A DNA stretch of 64,000 bases from Candidatus Omnitrophota bacterium (GCA_049643885.1 JBARQV010000015.1:11430-75429); one strand, 5' to 3'; numbered from the stretch's first letter, positions 20,198 through 28,643 are shown. Numbers and translations: made by a program. Notes: a model not told the origin generated them from the letters alone.

Positions 20198-20285
20198 TTA
20201 TAGACATTTAACATAAGCAACGGGAAAAATGATGTCGCCGATAGAACAGCTCAAACTTCCGCTGGTCTTTGCGGTTTAAAAGGCG

Positions 20286-20314
20286 TTGATTTTGAGGTGA
20301 AAATCTGTTAAAAT
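20286..20314 (+). promoter_or_regulatory. Promoter TTGATT-N17-TAAAAT upstream of leuC
   Basis: Read directly. It lies about 25 nt before the RBS AAGGAG. Confidence 0.5.
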
Positions 20315-20338
20315 CTCACTTTAACTTAAGGAGATTCA

Positions 20339-21619
20339 ATGGGATATACGATAACGGAAAAGATCCTGCTTTCGCACGCGATCGGGGTCAAAGGGATCGC
20401 CCCGGGCGATTTCATAAGAACCAGGGTCGACATGTGCCTTGGGAACGATATCACCAGCCCCATCGCTATAAAAGAATTTTGCGAGCTGGGGGTGGATAAG
20501 GTTTTTAACCAGAACAAGATAGCTCTGGTGCCGGACCATTTCGTACCCGCCAAGGACATGAAAAGCGCTAACCAGGCCGCGTCTCTCAAAAAATTCGCGC
20601 AAAAATACGGTATCACTAATTATTTCGAAGTCGGGCGAATGGGTATTGAACACGTCTTACTGCCTGAAAGAGGGCTTGTCCTTCCTGGCGCTCTCATCAT
20701 AGGGGCTGATTCCCATACTTGCACCCATGGTGCGCTTGGCGCTTTCGCCACGGGTGTGGGAAGCACGGACCTTGCCTACGCCATGGCATTTGGAGAATGC
20801 TGGTTCAGGGTCCCCGAGACGATAAAGATCGTCTTCACGGGAAAGCCCAGGAAATGGGTCGGCGGCAAGGACTTGATACTGCACGTAATATCCGATATCG
20901 GTGTCTCCGGCGCCCTTTACAAGACCCTGGAGTTTACGGGCGATACCATTTCTGAGCTTTCCATGGATGACCGGTTCTCTATCTGCAATATGGCAATTGA
21001 AGCCGGGGCGAAGAACGGAATAGTCGAACCGGACAAAACGACTGAAAGATACGTCAAGACGGCGGTAAGAAAATATAAGCCCCCGCGTAAATCGTTTAAA
21101 ATGATAAAAAGCGATAAAGATGCCGTGTATGCCGACGTCAGGGAATATAATGTTTCCAAACTTGAACCGGTAGTTGCCAAGCCCCATCTGCCGTCAAACG
21201 GTGTTCCGGTAAGTACACTGAAGGATGTCAAAGTAGATCAGGTATTCATCGGATCATGCACCAACGGGAGGATCTCGGACCTCAAAACCGCGGCGTCCAT
21301 TCTTAAGAACAGAAAGGTCCATCCCCAGACGCGTTTGATCGTGATACCGGCCACGCAAGCGATCTACATGGAAGCTGTGAGGGAAGGGTATGTAGATGTA
21401 TTTATCCGCGCCGGAGGGGTCTTCTGCACGCCGACCTGCGGGCCGTGTTTGGGTGGTCACATGGGGATCCTGTCCGAGGGAGAGGTCGCGGTAGCGACTA
21501 CGAACCGCAATTTTGTCGGACGGATGGGACATCCGAAAAGTTTTGTTTATCTGTCCAACCCGGCTATCGCGGCCGCGAGCGCGGTCAAGGGAAAGATAGC
21601 GCATCCGTCGGATCTGTGA
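20339..21619 (+). CDS. leuC: 3-isopropylmalate dehydratase large subunit (aconitase family)
   Basis: Aconitase-family Cys ligands (GSCTNGR, CGPCLG) in the archaeal-type short LeuC architecture. Confidence 0.85.
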   Translation: MGYTITEKILLSHAIGVKGIAPGDFIRTRVDMCLGNDITSPIAIKEFCELGVDKVFNQNKIALVPDHFVPAKDMKSANQAASLKKFAQKYGITNYFEVGRMGIEHVLLPERGLVLPGALIIGADSHTCTHGALGAFATGVGSTDLAYAMAFGECWFRVPETIKIVFTGKPRKWVGGKDLILHVISDIGVSGALYKTLEFTGDTISELSMDDRFSICNMAIEAGAKNGIVEPDKTTERYVKTAVRKYKPPRKSFKMIKSDKDAVYADVREYNVSKLEPVVAKPHLPSNGVPVSTLKDVKVDQVFIGSCTNGRISDLKTAASILKNRKVHPQTRLIVIPATQAIYMEAVREGYVDVFIRAGGVFCTPTCGPCLGGHMGILSEGEVAVATTNRNFVGRMGHPKSFVYLSNPAIAAASAVKGKIAHPSDL

Positions 21620-21669
21620 CCCCACACTTCCGTGTGGGGAATGATACTACAGGCGGAAGCCTGTAGAGG
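21620..21669 (+). repeat. Double-hairpin intergenic repeat, copy 3
   Basis: CCCCACACTTCCGTGTGGGGAATGATACTACAGGCGGAAGCCTGTAGAGG sits between leuC and leuD. A second AGAGG follows before the ATG. Confidence 0.9.
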
Positions 21670-21684
21670 AAAAAGAGGAAAAAC

Positions 21685-22281
21685 ATGAAACTCAAAGGCA
21701 AAATCCATAAGTTCGGTAATAACATAAACACTGATGAGATAATTCCCGCCCGTTATCTCAATACTTGTGATCCGGGTGAACTGGCGAAACACTGTATGGA
21801 AGACGCTGCCCCGCAATTCGCTAAAAACGTCCAGGAAGGGGATATAATCGTCGCGGGCGAAAATTTCGGATGCGGTTCCAGCCGGGAGCACGCACCGATC
21901 GCCATAAAAGCTTCCGGGGTTTCCTGTGTAGTGGCCAAAAGTTTCGCCAGGATATTTTACAGGAACGCCATTAATATCGGCCTTCCGATCTTCACGAGTC
22001 CGGAAGCCGTGAAGGACCTGAAAAACAACGACACGGCTGAAGTGGACGCCACCAAGGGGACTGTCACCAAATCCGGGAGAAAGAAAGCTTATGATGCGGA
22101 AGTGTTCCCTGAATTCATAAAAGAGATCATCAGGAGCGGAGGGTTGATGGCTTACGCGAAAAAGATGGGACCCGCGGAAGAGCCAAAACCCGTTAAAAGA
22201 AAGAAGAAAGCTGTGCAAAGAAAGAAGATCGTCAAAAGAAAGGCCAAAACTACCAAGAAGACAAAGAAGCACAAGAAATGA
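21685..22281 (+). CDS. leuD: 3-isopropylmalate dehydratase small subunit with a ~35-aa lysine-rich C-terminal tail
   Basis: LeuD core (GENFGCGSSREHAP) followed by the tail ...EEPKPVKRKKKAVQRKKIVKRKAKTTKKTKKHKK. Confidence 0.85.
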   Translation: MKLKGKIHKFGNNINTDEIIPARYLNTCDPGELAKHCMEDAAPQFAKNVQEGDIIVAGENFGCGSSREHAPIAIKASGVSCVVAKSFARIFYRNAINIGLPIFTSPEAVKDLKNNDTAEVDATKGTVTKSGRKKAYDAEVFPEFIKEIIRSGGLMAYAKKMGPAEEPKPVKRKKKAVQRKKIVKRKAKTTKKTKKHKK

Positions 22282-22283
22282 CA

Positions 22284-22369
22284 AATATGTCATCCCGGAC
22301 GGCCGAAAGGCCGATCCGAGATCAAATAATAATTTTTATGTGATCCCCGCTTTCGCGGGGATGACATAC
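22284..22369 (+). repeat. TIR element family 2, copy 1 (AATATGTCATCCCGG ... CCCCGCTTTCGCGGGGATGACATAC)
   Basis: Perfect outer inverted repeat ATGTCATCCC/GGGATGACAT with an inner hairpin. It lies between leuD and leuB. Confidence 0.8.
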
Positions 22370-22390
22370 TATTAAGTAATAGGAGGATAA

Positions 22391-23443
22391 ATGTACAAGA
22401 TAGCGGTTTTGCCGGGGGACGGTACAGGACCAGAGGTCATAAGGGAAGGGCTTAAGGTCTTGGACGCGGTCGCGGAAAAGACGGGTTTCAAATATGAAAA
22501 GATAATGTATGACCTGGGAGGCGAGCGCTACAAAAAAACGGGTGAAGTGCTCCCGGGCAGCGTCCTTGAGGAGATAAAGACGGCTGACGCTATCTATCTG
22601 GGAGCTATAGGCCATCCGGACGTGAAGCCCGGCATCCTGGAGAAGGGGCTTCTTTTGAGCTTAAGGTTCGCGCTTGACCAATATATAAATCTGCGCCCCA
22701 TTAAATTATATCCGGGCGTGGACTGTCCCCTGAAAGATAAGGGCCCTGAGGACATCGACTTTGTTGTCGTGCGCGAGAATACCGAAGGCCTTTACACGGG
22801 AACGGGCGGCCTGCTGAAAGAAGGCACTAAGGACGAGGTGGCCATACAGACTTCGGTGAATACTTATAAAGGCGTGGAAAGATGCCTCAGGTACGCGTTT
22901 GAATACGCTAAGAAACGCAACAAGGATAAACAGCTCACGCTTGTCGGCAAGACGAATGTCTTGACCTACGCGTTCGGTTTGTGGGAGAGGACTTTTGAAA
23001 AAATGTCTGAAGATTACCCGGACATCAAAACGGGCTACGCTCATGTCGATGCTACCTGCATGTGGATGGTGAAAAATCCGGAATGGTTTGACGTCATCGT
23101 GACGGATAACATGTTCGGTGACATCATCACAGATCTTGGCGCCATGATCCAGGGCGGTATGGGTATAGCCGCTGGCGGAAACATCAACCCGGAAGGCGTT
23201 TCCATGTTTGAACCGATCGGAGGCTCGGCGCCCAAGTATACGGGGAAGAACGTCATCAATCCGCTCGCCGCGATCTGTGCCGGTGGTATGATGCTGGAGG
23301 TGCTCGGCGAGCAGAAAGCCGCGGATCTCGTGGAGAAGGCGGTGATGTCGGTCACTGTCAAAAAGCTGAAGAGTCTTTCGGCCGGCAAGATGGGATATTC
23401 GACGCAGGAAGTCGGGGATCTCGTAGTGGAGGCGCTGGGATAG
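22391..23443 (+). CDS. leuB: 3-isopropylmalate dehydrogenase
   Basis: MYKIAVLPGDGTGPEV; NMFGDIITD; isocitrate/isopropylmalate dehydrogenase fold. Confidence 0.9.
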   Translation: MYKIAVLPGDGTGPEVIREGLKVLDAVAEKTGFKYEKIMYDLGGERYKKTGEVLPGSVLEEIKTADAIYLGAIGHPDVKPGILEKGLLLSLRFALDQYINLRPIKLYPGVDCPLKDKGPEDIDFVVVRENTEGLYTGTGGLLKEGTKDEVAIQTSVNTYKGVERCLRYAFEYAKKRNKDKQLTLVGKTNVLTYAFGLWERTFEKMSEDYPDIKTGYAHVDATCMWMVKNPEWFDVIVTDNMFGDIITDLGAMIQGGMGIAAGGNINPEGVSMFEPIGGSAPKYTGKNVINPLAAICAGGMMLEVLGEQKAADLVEKAVMSVTVKKLKSLSAGKMGYSTQEVGDLVVEALG

Positions 23444-23529
23444 AGCTTGCATCTTTTCGGGACAGGTTTCCTGTAGTAGTGTAAACTGTCGGCTGAAACC
23501 AGTCCCGCTATTTTTATAAAGGATAATAA

Positions 23530-24576
23530 ATGATGAAGAAGAAAGCGAAATATAATGTTGGGATAATGGGCGTGACCGGTGCAGTCGGCGGCCAGTTTCT
23601 CTCGATACTGGAACAAAGGGACTTTCCGGTGGATGAGCTCCGTCCTCTGGCCAGCGAAAGGTCAAAAGGCAAAAAGGTAGTATTCCGCGGGCAAGAGATC
23701 GATGTGCAAATACTCGGCGAAGATTCGTTCGGAGGCATCGACATCGTCCTAGCCTCAGCGGGCGCCTCGCGGAGCAAGGAGTTTTTACCCCACGCGGTCC
23801 GGGCCGGTGCTGTCTGCGTAGACAATTCCAGCGCGTTCAGGATGGATAAAGATGTTCCTTTGGTCGTTCCGGAGGTCAATCCCCATGCCATAAGAGCGCA
23901 TCAAGGCATCATCGCAAATCCCAACTGCTCCACCATCCAGATGGTCCTCCCGTTGTGCGCTATCCATAAAGCCGCGTCGATCGAACGAGTGGTAGTTACC
24001 ACTTTTCAGTCGGTTTCGGGCGCCGGGCAGAAAAACATCCTAGAACTCGAAAGCCAGGCAGTGCACCTGGGCAATAAAAAGTCCCATTACGGTATCGGGG
24101 AACATACCGTTCCCCGGGAGATGGTTAAAGAGTTTGCACATCAGATCGCGTACAATCTCATACCCCATATCGATGTCTTCCAGGACAACCTTTATACCAA
24201 GGAAGAGATGAAGATGGTGAACGAGATCCGCAAGATCATGGAGATTCCGGATCTTGCCGTTACTGCTACCTGTGTCCGTGTTCCCGTTTATTACGCTCAT
24301 TCCGAAAGCGTGAACGTGGAGACCGGCAAGAAGCTCGGTCCAGGACAGGCCAAAGATATCCTTGAAAAATTTCCCGGAATAAAGGTCGTTGACGACCCGG
24401 CAGGTTCAAAGTATCCCATGCCTATTTTCGTGGAAGGTAGGGATGAAGTCTTTGTCGGAAGGATCAGGGAAGATGAGTCCGTCGAAAACGGCCTCAACAT
24501 GTGGGTCGTCGCGGACAACCTCAGAAAAGGCGCCGCCCTCAACGCCATACAGATCGCCGAACACCTTATCAAGTAA
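23530..24576 (+). CDS. asd: Aspartate-semialdehyde dehydrogenase
   Basis: GVTGAVGG; NPNCSTIQMV active-site cysteine motif. Confidence 0.9.
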   Translation: MMKKKAKYNVGIMGVTGAVGGQFLSILEQRDFPVDELRPLASERSKGKKVVFRGQEIDVQILGEDSFGGIDIVLASAGASRSKEFLPHAVRAGAVCVDNSSAFRMDKDVPLVVPEVNPHAIRAHQGIIANPNCSTIQMVLPLCAIHKAASIERVVVTTFQSVSGAGQKNILELESQAVHLGNKKSHYGIGEHTVPREMVKEFAHQIAYNLIPHIDVFQDNLYTKEEMKMVNEIRKIMEIPDLAVTATCVRVPVYYAHSESVNVETGKKLGPGQAKDILEKFPGIKVVDDPAGSKYPMPIFVEGRDEVFVGRIREDESVENGLNMWVVADNLRKGAALNAIQIAEHLIK

Positions 24577-24664
24577 TATGTCATCCCGGACGAGCCCGCA
24601 GGGATCGAGCCGGGACCACATAATATTTTTATTTGATCCCGGCTTTTACCGGGATGACATACAT
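24576..24664 (+). repeat. TIR element family 2, copy 2
   Basis: AATATGTCATCCCGGACGAGCC...GATCCCGGCTTTTACCGGGATGACATAC. The inner stem sequence differs from copy 1 (GCCGGG vs GCGGGG) but pairing is kept. The element ends at the truA start codon. Confidence 0.8.
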
Positions 24665-25405
24665 ATGCGCAACATAAAGCTTACCATTTCTTACGACGGG
24701 ACCGATTTTAACGGTTGGCAGGTCCAGCCTAACGGCAGGACAGTCCAGGAAGAGGTAGAAAAAGCGATCGGCAAAGTTTTCGGCAAGCCTCACCGTTTAT
24801 ACGCGGCCAGCCGGACAGATGCCGGTGTCCATGCCGAAAGACAAGTCGCGAATTTCAAGACCGGTCTTTCTTCGACCATACCCACTGGCAAGATACCTGC
24901 CGCGTTGAACGCTTATCTTCCCGATGAGGTAGCCATAAAAAGTGCCGAGGAAGTCCCGCCGGGATTCCATTCCCGTTTTGACGCGAAAAGCAAGCATTAC
25001 AGGTATTACATTATCAACAGCAGGCAGCGCGACCCTTTCGGTGAAAAATACACCTGGCGGGTGCCGTATGAACTTGATGTCTCTTTGATGAAAAAAGAAG
25101 CGAAAGTGCTCGTAGGCAGGCATGATTTCAAGTCTTTCCAGGCTAAAGACAAAAGAGAAAGGCATTCCGTGCGCAGGATATTCTATATCAACGTGGCGAA
25201 AAAAAAGTCGTTCCTGACGATAGACATTGAAGCTGACGGTTTTCTTTTTAATATGGTCCGCAACATCATGGGTACCCTGGTGGATATCGGCAGGGGATAC
25301 CTTCCCGGGGGAAGCATGCGGAGCATACTCAAGAAAAAGGACCGGACCCAGGCCGGCCCCACCGCTCCCCCTAAAGGCCTTTTTCTTGTCGATGTAAAAT
25401 ATTGA
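24665..25405 (+). CDS. truA: tRNA pseudouridine(38-40) synthase
   Basis: MRNIKLTISYDGTDFNGWQVQ...RTDAGVHA (catalytic Asp). The track start at 24389 reads through the asd 3' end and the repeat. Confidence 0.9.
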   Translation: MRNIKLTISYDGTDFNGWQVQPNGRTVQEEVEKAIGKVFGKPHRLYAASRTDAGVHAERQVANFKTGLSSTIPTGKIPAALNAYLPDEVAIKSAEEVPPGFHSRFDAKSKHYRYYIINSRQRDPFGEKYTWRVPYELDVSLMKKEAKVLVGRHDFKSFQAKDKRERHSVRRIFYINVAKKKSFLTIDIEADGFLFNMVRNIMGTLVDIGRGYLPGGSMRSILKKKDRTQAGPTAPPKGLFLVDVKY

Positions 25406-25483
25406 TTTTTTTATTTTCCCCTCTTGACAAGTATACATACTTATAATAAACTTGTATCATACTTGTTAAACAGGAGCTTTTCA

Positions 25484-25654
25484 ATGAAGAGGAAGTACCG
25501 TTTCAGGTTTTTTGCCACAGTTTCGGACAGGGGCCAGATATTCATTCCCAAGGTCCTGCAAGAGTATTTTAGTATCCGCAGGCGGGACAAGGTGGAGTTT
25601 GAAATAACCGATGATGGGAAGGTCATTTTCAAGAAAAAGGAGGGAGAAGAATGA
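25484..25654 (+). CDS. 56-aa AbrB/MazE/SpoVT-fold (swapped-hairpin) protein, first of three coupled mini-genes
   Basis: TVSDRGQIFIPKVLQEYFSIRRRDKVEFEITDDGKVIFKK aligns with AbrB KVDELGRVVIPIELRRTLGIAEKDALEIYVDDEKIILKK. SD AGGAG is 7 nt upstream. Ends KKKEGEE*. Confidence 0.7.
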   Translation: MKRKYRFRFFATVSDRGQIFIPKVLQEYFSIRRRDKVEFEITDDGKVIFKKKEGEE

Positions 25655-25803
25655 GGCGAAAGAAAAAGAAGCACCTTCATAAGGTGTCGATCCCAGAAGC
25701 GTTAGAAAACAGGTTCGGGAGTTACAACCGAAAGAAAATCCAATTTCTTGTGACTTCGGACGGAGATATTCTCATGCGGAAGAAGAAGGAGGGGAGAAGA
25801 TGA
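25651..25803 (+). CDS. 50-aa paralog of the AbrB-fold mini-protein, second of three
   Basis: The ATGA overlaps the upstream stop. SD AAGGAGGG lies within the upstream coding sequence. KVSIPEALENRF...KKIQFLVTSDGDILMRKKKEGRR parallels ORF-a. Confidence 0.6.
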   Translation: MRRKKKKHLHKVSIPEALENRFGSYNRKKIQFLVTSDGDILMRKKKEGRR

Positions 25804-25970
25804 AAAAGGGACATGTACACAAAGTTACGATCAACGAAAAACGCCGCACGAACAAAAAGCGCAATGATCTTTTGAGGAAGGGCGTATCCACCGACAGCCT
25901 CCAGGCAACATTTAATAATTATTACCGGGGCCCGCTCAAAGCGCTGTACAAGAGGATCATGAAGGGGTAA
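25800..25970 (+). CDS. 56-aa basic mini-protein, third of three; shares the HxHKV(S/T)I N-terminus with the second
   Basis: ATGA overlap with the second mini-gene. SD AAGGAGGGG. MKKGHVHKVTINEKRRTNKK... has a divergent C-terminus. Confidence 0.5.
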   Translation: MKKGHVHKVTINEKRRTNKKRNDLLRKGVSTDSLQATFNNYYRGPLKALYKRIMKG

Positions 25971-25983
25971 ATAAGGATTATCC

Positions 25984-26012
25984 TTGACAAAAATCCCCAA
26001 ATATGTTAATTT
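25984..26012 (+). promoter_or_regulatory. Promoter TTGACA-N17-(TGt)TAATTT upstream of rplM
   Basis: Read directly. Extended -10 arrangement TGnTAATTT, as upstream of the Na/Pi transporter gene. Confidence 0.45.
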
Positions 26013-26065
26013 TACTCCTCTAAAAGTTAATGCTCTCGCTGTAAGTAGCGACATAGAGGAGAATT

Positions 26066-26497
26066 ATGAAAACAACCAGGTTGAAAAAGCATCAGGAAGC
26101 TACGCATGACTGGTACGTTGTCGACGTGATGGGCAAGGTTCTCGGCAGGGCAGCTACAGAGATAGCATCGTTACTGAAAGGGAAGAACAGGGTAGATTTT
26201 ACGCCTCATGTTGACAGCGGTTCGGGAGTAATAGTCCTGAACTGTGACAAGCTGAGGGTTACCGGAAAGAAGGGGCTCCAAAAAGTATATAAACGATATT
26301 CGGGTTATCCCAGCGGGCAGAAGGAAACCGCTCACAAGAAAATGATGGAGAAAGACCCCAAATACGTGATCAGGCATGCGGTAAAGGGGATGCTTCCAAA
26401 GAGCAAGCTTGGAGCAAGGATGCTCAAACGTTTAAAATTGTATACGGGCGACACCCATCCCCACGCCGCCCAGTTGCCGAAGGAAAAGAAAATATAA
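26066..26497 (+). CDS. rplM: 50S ribosomal protein L13
   Basis: WYVVDVMGKVLGRAATEIASLLKGK. Confidence 0.95.
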   Translation: MKTTRLKKHQEATHDWYVVDVMGKVLGRAATEIASLLKGKNRVDFTPHVDSGSGVIVLNCDKLRVTGKKGLQKVYKRYSGYPSGQKETAHKKMMEKDPKYVIRHAVKGMLPKSKLGARMLKRLKLYTGDTHPHAAQLPKEKKI

Positions 26498-26515
26498 GGA
26501 AGAGGTATCCGTAAG

Positions 26516-26917
26516 ATGGTGGAGACAAAGCAGGCATATTTCGCAGCTACCGGGAGAAGAAAGGAATCCGTTGCTAGGGTCAGGATCAAGCCCGGGGACG
26601 GTAAGGTAAGAGTCAACAAGAGACAAATCGAGGATTATTTCCCCAGGGAGTCGCACCGGATCACAATAATGCAGCCCCTGAAGACGGTCGGAATGGTGGG
26701 AAAATTCGATCTTTACGCGAATCTTACCGGAGGCGGGTTGAGCGGCCAGGCGGGGGCTTTCAGGCACGGTATCGCCAGGGCTCTTCTTGAATACGACGAA
26801 AATCTACGGAGCACCTTGAAAAAAGCGGGTTTTCTAACGCGTGATCCAAGAGCCAAAGAAAGGAAGAAATACGGACAAAAACGGGCCAGAAAGCATTTCC
26901 AATTCTCAAAACGTTAA
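26516..26917 (+). CDS. rpsI: 30S ribosomal protein S9
   Basis: [12 protein letters not shown]...[19 protein letters not shown]...[17 protein letters not shown]. Confidence 0.95.
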   Translation: MVETKQAYFAATGRRKESVARVRIKPGDGKVRVNKRQIEDYFPRESHRITIMQPLKTVGMVGKFDLYANLTGGGLSGQAGAFRHGIARALLEYDENLRSTLKKAGFLTRDPRAKERKKYGQKRARKHFQFSKR

Positions 26918-26949
26918 ACACGAAATTACATTTTTTAACTTTAGTAGAA

Positions 26950-26978
26950 GGTCGCTTAAAAAGCGGCCTTTTTTATTT
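26950..26978 (+). terminator. Rho-independent terminator after rpsI
   Basis: GGTCGC-TTAAAAA-GCGGCC followed by TTTTTTATTT. Confidence 0.7.
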
Positions 26979-27015
26979 GAGGAGCACGCGACGGGATTAC
27001 CTTGCATCTTCTAGT

Positions 27016-27492
27016 TGCAAAAACAGTAAAATCTTTCCCAACCAAATTTTTTAACGGCATTTTTCTAACTTTCAAAGGGCGTAAAAGAAACTCGCCCCCG
27101 CTGCTTTGCTTTGCGAATCCAAGCGACGGGGGTTCAAACAACTTTTACGCTTTTTTCCTTCAAAAGTTAGAAAAATGCCTAAAATTTGTAAATGGGGCCC
27201 TTTAATTTTATTGTTTTTGCGAATAGATGAGCAGTTTCTTAACTATGATTATTTTCAAACACATGGCAAATGTCACCGCCGGCGAATATATGCCTGACGG
27301 ACCATTTCAAAAATTTAGTTTTTCCGGGCATTTTAAGCTGAAGTTGTCGTGGCTACTAAACATGTGTAGGCATGGCAAATGTCCGAGCCCCGAGTATTTC
27401 TATTAACGAGGGGCGAGTTTTGCCATGTCAGTTTAAAATGTCCCGAAAAGCGTTAAGAATTTTTGTCGGGCCGGAAGGCATATATCCGCCGG
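27016..27492 (+). repeat. Composite structured repeat, copy B: ~205-bp near-palindromic arm module (27016-27220) plus ~210-bp core (27283-27492) with inverted termini CCGGCGAATATATGCC / GGCATATATCCGCCGG
   Basis: Aligned by eye to copies A and C. The reading frame that is open in copy A is closed here by TAA. Confidence 0.85.
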
Positions 27493-27543
27493 TCTACTGT
27501 CACGCGACTTATGTTCGCTTCGCTTCATAAGTTACGGTTTCAC

Positions 27544-27573
27544 TTGACAGGGTAGGGCTGTTTACTTTATACT
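27544..27573 (+). promoter_or_regulatory. Promoter TTGACA-N18-TATACT upstream of argC
   Basis: Read directly. About 50 nt upstream of the start codon. Confidence 0.5.
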
Positions 27574-27626
27574 CTGTTCTTATATTAATTTTGCCCGTAA
27601 AGTAATATATTAATACATAAGGAGAA

Positions 27627-28643
27627 ATGATGATAAAAGTCGGAGTAGTGGGAGCGACAGGGTATACCGGCGAAGAACTGGTAGACACTCTTTTAAGAAA
27701 TCCCGGTGTGGAGATCACTTCCTTGACGGCTCTTGTGGAGAAAGAGGCAGAGTTTTCCGAGCTGTATCCGAAGTTCGGAAAAAAGATCTCGATAGTCTGC
27801 AAAAATCTCGATATGGAAGAGGTTTCCGCGAAAAGTGACCTGGTTTTTCTGGCCCTTCCTCACACGGTTTCCATGAAATTCGCGCCGGAGTTCCTTAAAA
27901 AGGGGAAGAAGGTCATAGACTTGAGCGCTGATTATCGCCTGCCGTGCGATATTTATGAAAAATGGTACAAGGCGAAGCACGCGGATAAGGAAAACCTTTC
28001 GCAGGCTGTTTACGGTCTGCCGGAGATGAACCGTGAGAAGATCAAAAAAGCCGGACTGGTAGCGAATCCGGGCTGCTATCCGACGAGTGTTATTCTGGCC
28101 CTTTTGCCGATCATAAAGGCCGTCCGTGAATCCGGACAACCCATCGTGGTGGACTCAAAGAGCGGGGCGACCGGCGCCGGGAGAAAGGCATCCGTGTTTT
28201 TATCGTTCGGTGAGGTGGATGAGAATCTAAAGTGCTACAAGGCCAACGAGCACCAGCACATGCCGGAGATGGACCACGTGTTGAGTGAAGCCGCCGGAGG
28301 GGAAGTCCGGGTGAACTTTACACCGCATCTTCTGCCGGTGAGGAGGGGAATATTGTCGACGATCTATATCCCCGATAAGGGCCTCCCGTCCACGGGCGAG
28401 ATATTACGGATGTATAACGATTATTACAAAGACGAGCCATTTGTGCGTGTCCATGATTCCGGGTACATGCCCCAGCTCCTGGACGTGGCGGGGACTAATT
28501 TCTGCGATATCGGGATAAAGTCTGCCAGAGGGCTCTTGATCATAGTTTCCGTTATAGATAATCTCCTGAAAGGGGCAAGCGGGCAGGCCGTCCAGAACAT
28601 GAATATCATGCTGGGGGAGGAAGAAACAGCGGGTCTTTTATGA
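27627..28643 (+). CDS. argC: N-acetyl-gamma-glutamyl-phosphate reductase
   Basis: VGVVGATGYTGEEL; NPGCYPTS active-site cysteine. Confidence 0.9.
   Translation: MMIKVGVVGATGYTGEELVDTLLRNPGVEITSLTALVEKEAEFSELYPKFGKKISIVCKNLDMEEVSAKSDLVFLALPHTVSMKFAPEFLKKGKKVIDLSADYRLPCDIYEKWYKAKHADKENLSQAVYGLPEMNREKIKKAGLVANPGCYPTSVILALLPIIKAVRESGQPIVVDSKSGATGAGRKASVFLSFGEVDENLKCYKANEHQHMPEMDHVLSEAAGGEVRVNFTPHLLPVRRGILSTIYIPDKGLPSTGEILRMYNDYYKDEPFVRVHDSGYMPQLLDVAGTNFCDIGIKSARGLLIIVSVIDNLLKGASGQAVQNMNIMLGEEETAGLL

Noticed and set aside
19997-20203. 68-aa ORF (MPDGPLQKFSFS...RRHGNCPSPE...), with look-alikes at 27106-27297 (+), 27002-27205 (+), 43896-44135 (-) and 44068-44421 (-), suggesting a multi-copy small protein
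   Set aside because: These ORFs lie entirely inside the three copies of the composite structured repeat. The frame is interrupted by TAA in copy B. Copy C uses a shifted frame upstream. The differences between copies are not biased to third codon positions. They are best explained as chance ORFs in a non-coding repeat.
19776-20338. Possible tRNA, tmRNA or other housekeeping RNA gene in the large non-coding gaps (19776-20338, 26918-27626, 43854-44480, 46170-46578)
   Set aside because: No cloverleaf with a GTTCRANYC T-arm was found, and there is no CCA-adjacent acceptor stem. The gaps are accounted for by the repeat elements, terminators and promoters. An undetected ncRNA cannot be excluded without a covariance-model scan.
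22706-23665. 319-aa minus-strand ORF, plus other long antisense ORFs (21547-22293, 15061-15864, 7879-8592, 48519-49313, 52210-52938, 55536-56249, 12000-12629)
   Set aside because: Each overlaps a well-supported plus-strand gene (leuB, leuD, oppA, priA, dnaE, hisS, phoH, gap/pgk). The translations are low-complexity or Arg/Pro/Ser-rich, as expected for antisense frames of moderately GC-rich genes, and none has recognisable motifs.
25417-25447. Canonical sigma-70 promoter for the mini-gene trio at TTGACA (25424) with TATAAT (25442)
   Set aside because: Spacing between the hexamers is only 12 nt. A TTGACA-N17-TAAACT reading is possible but weak. It is left as uncertain rather than called.
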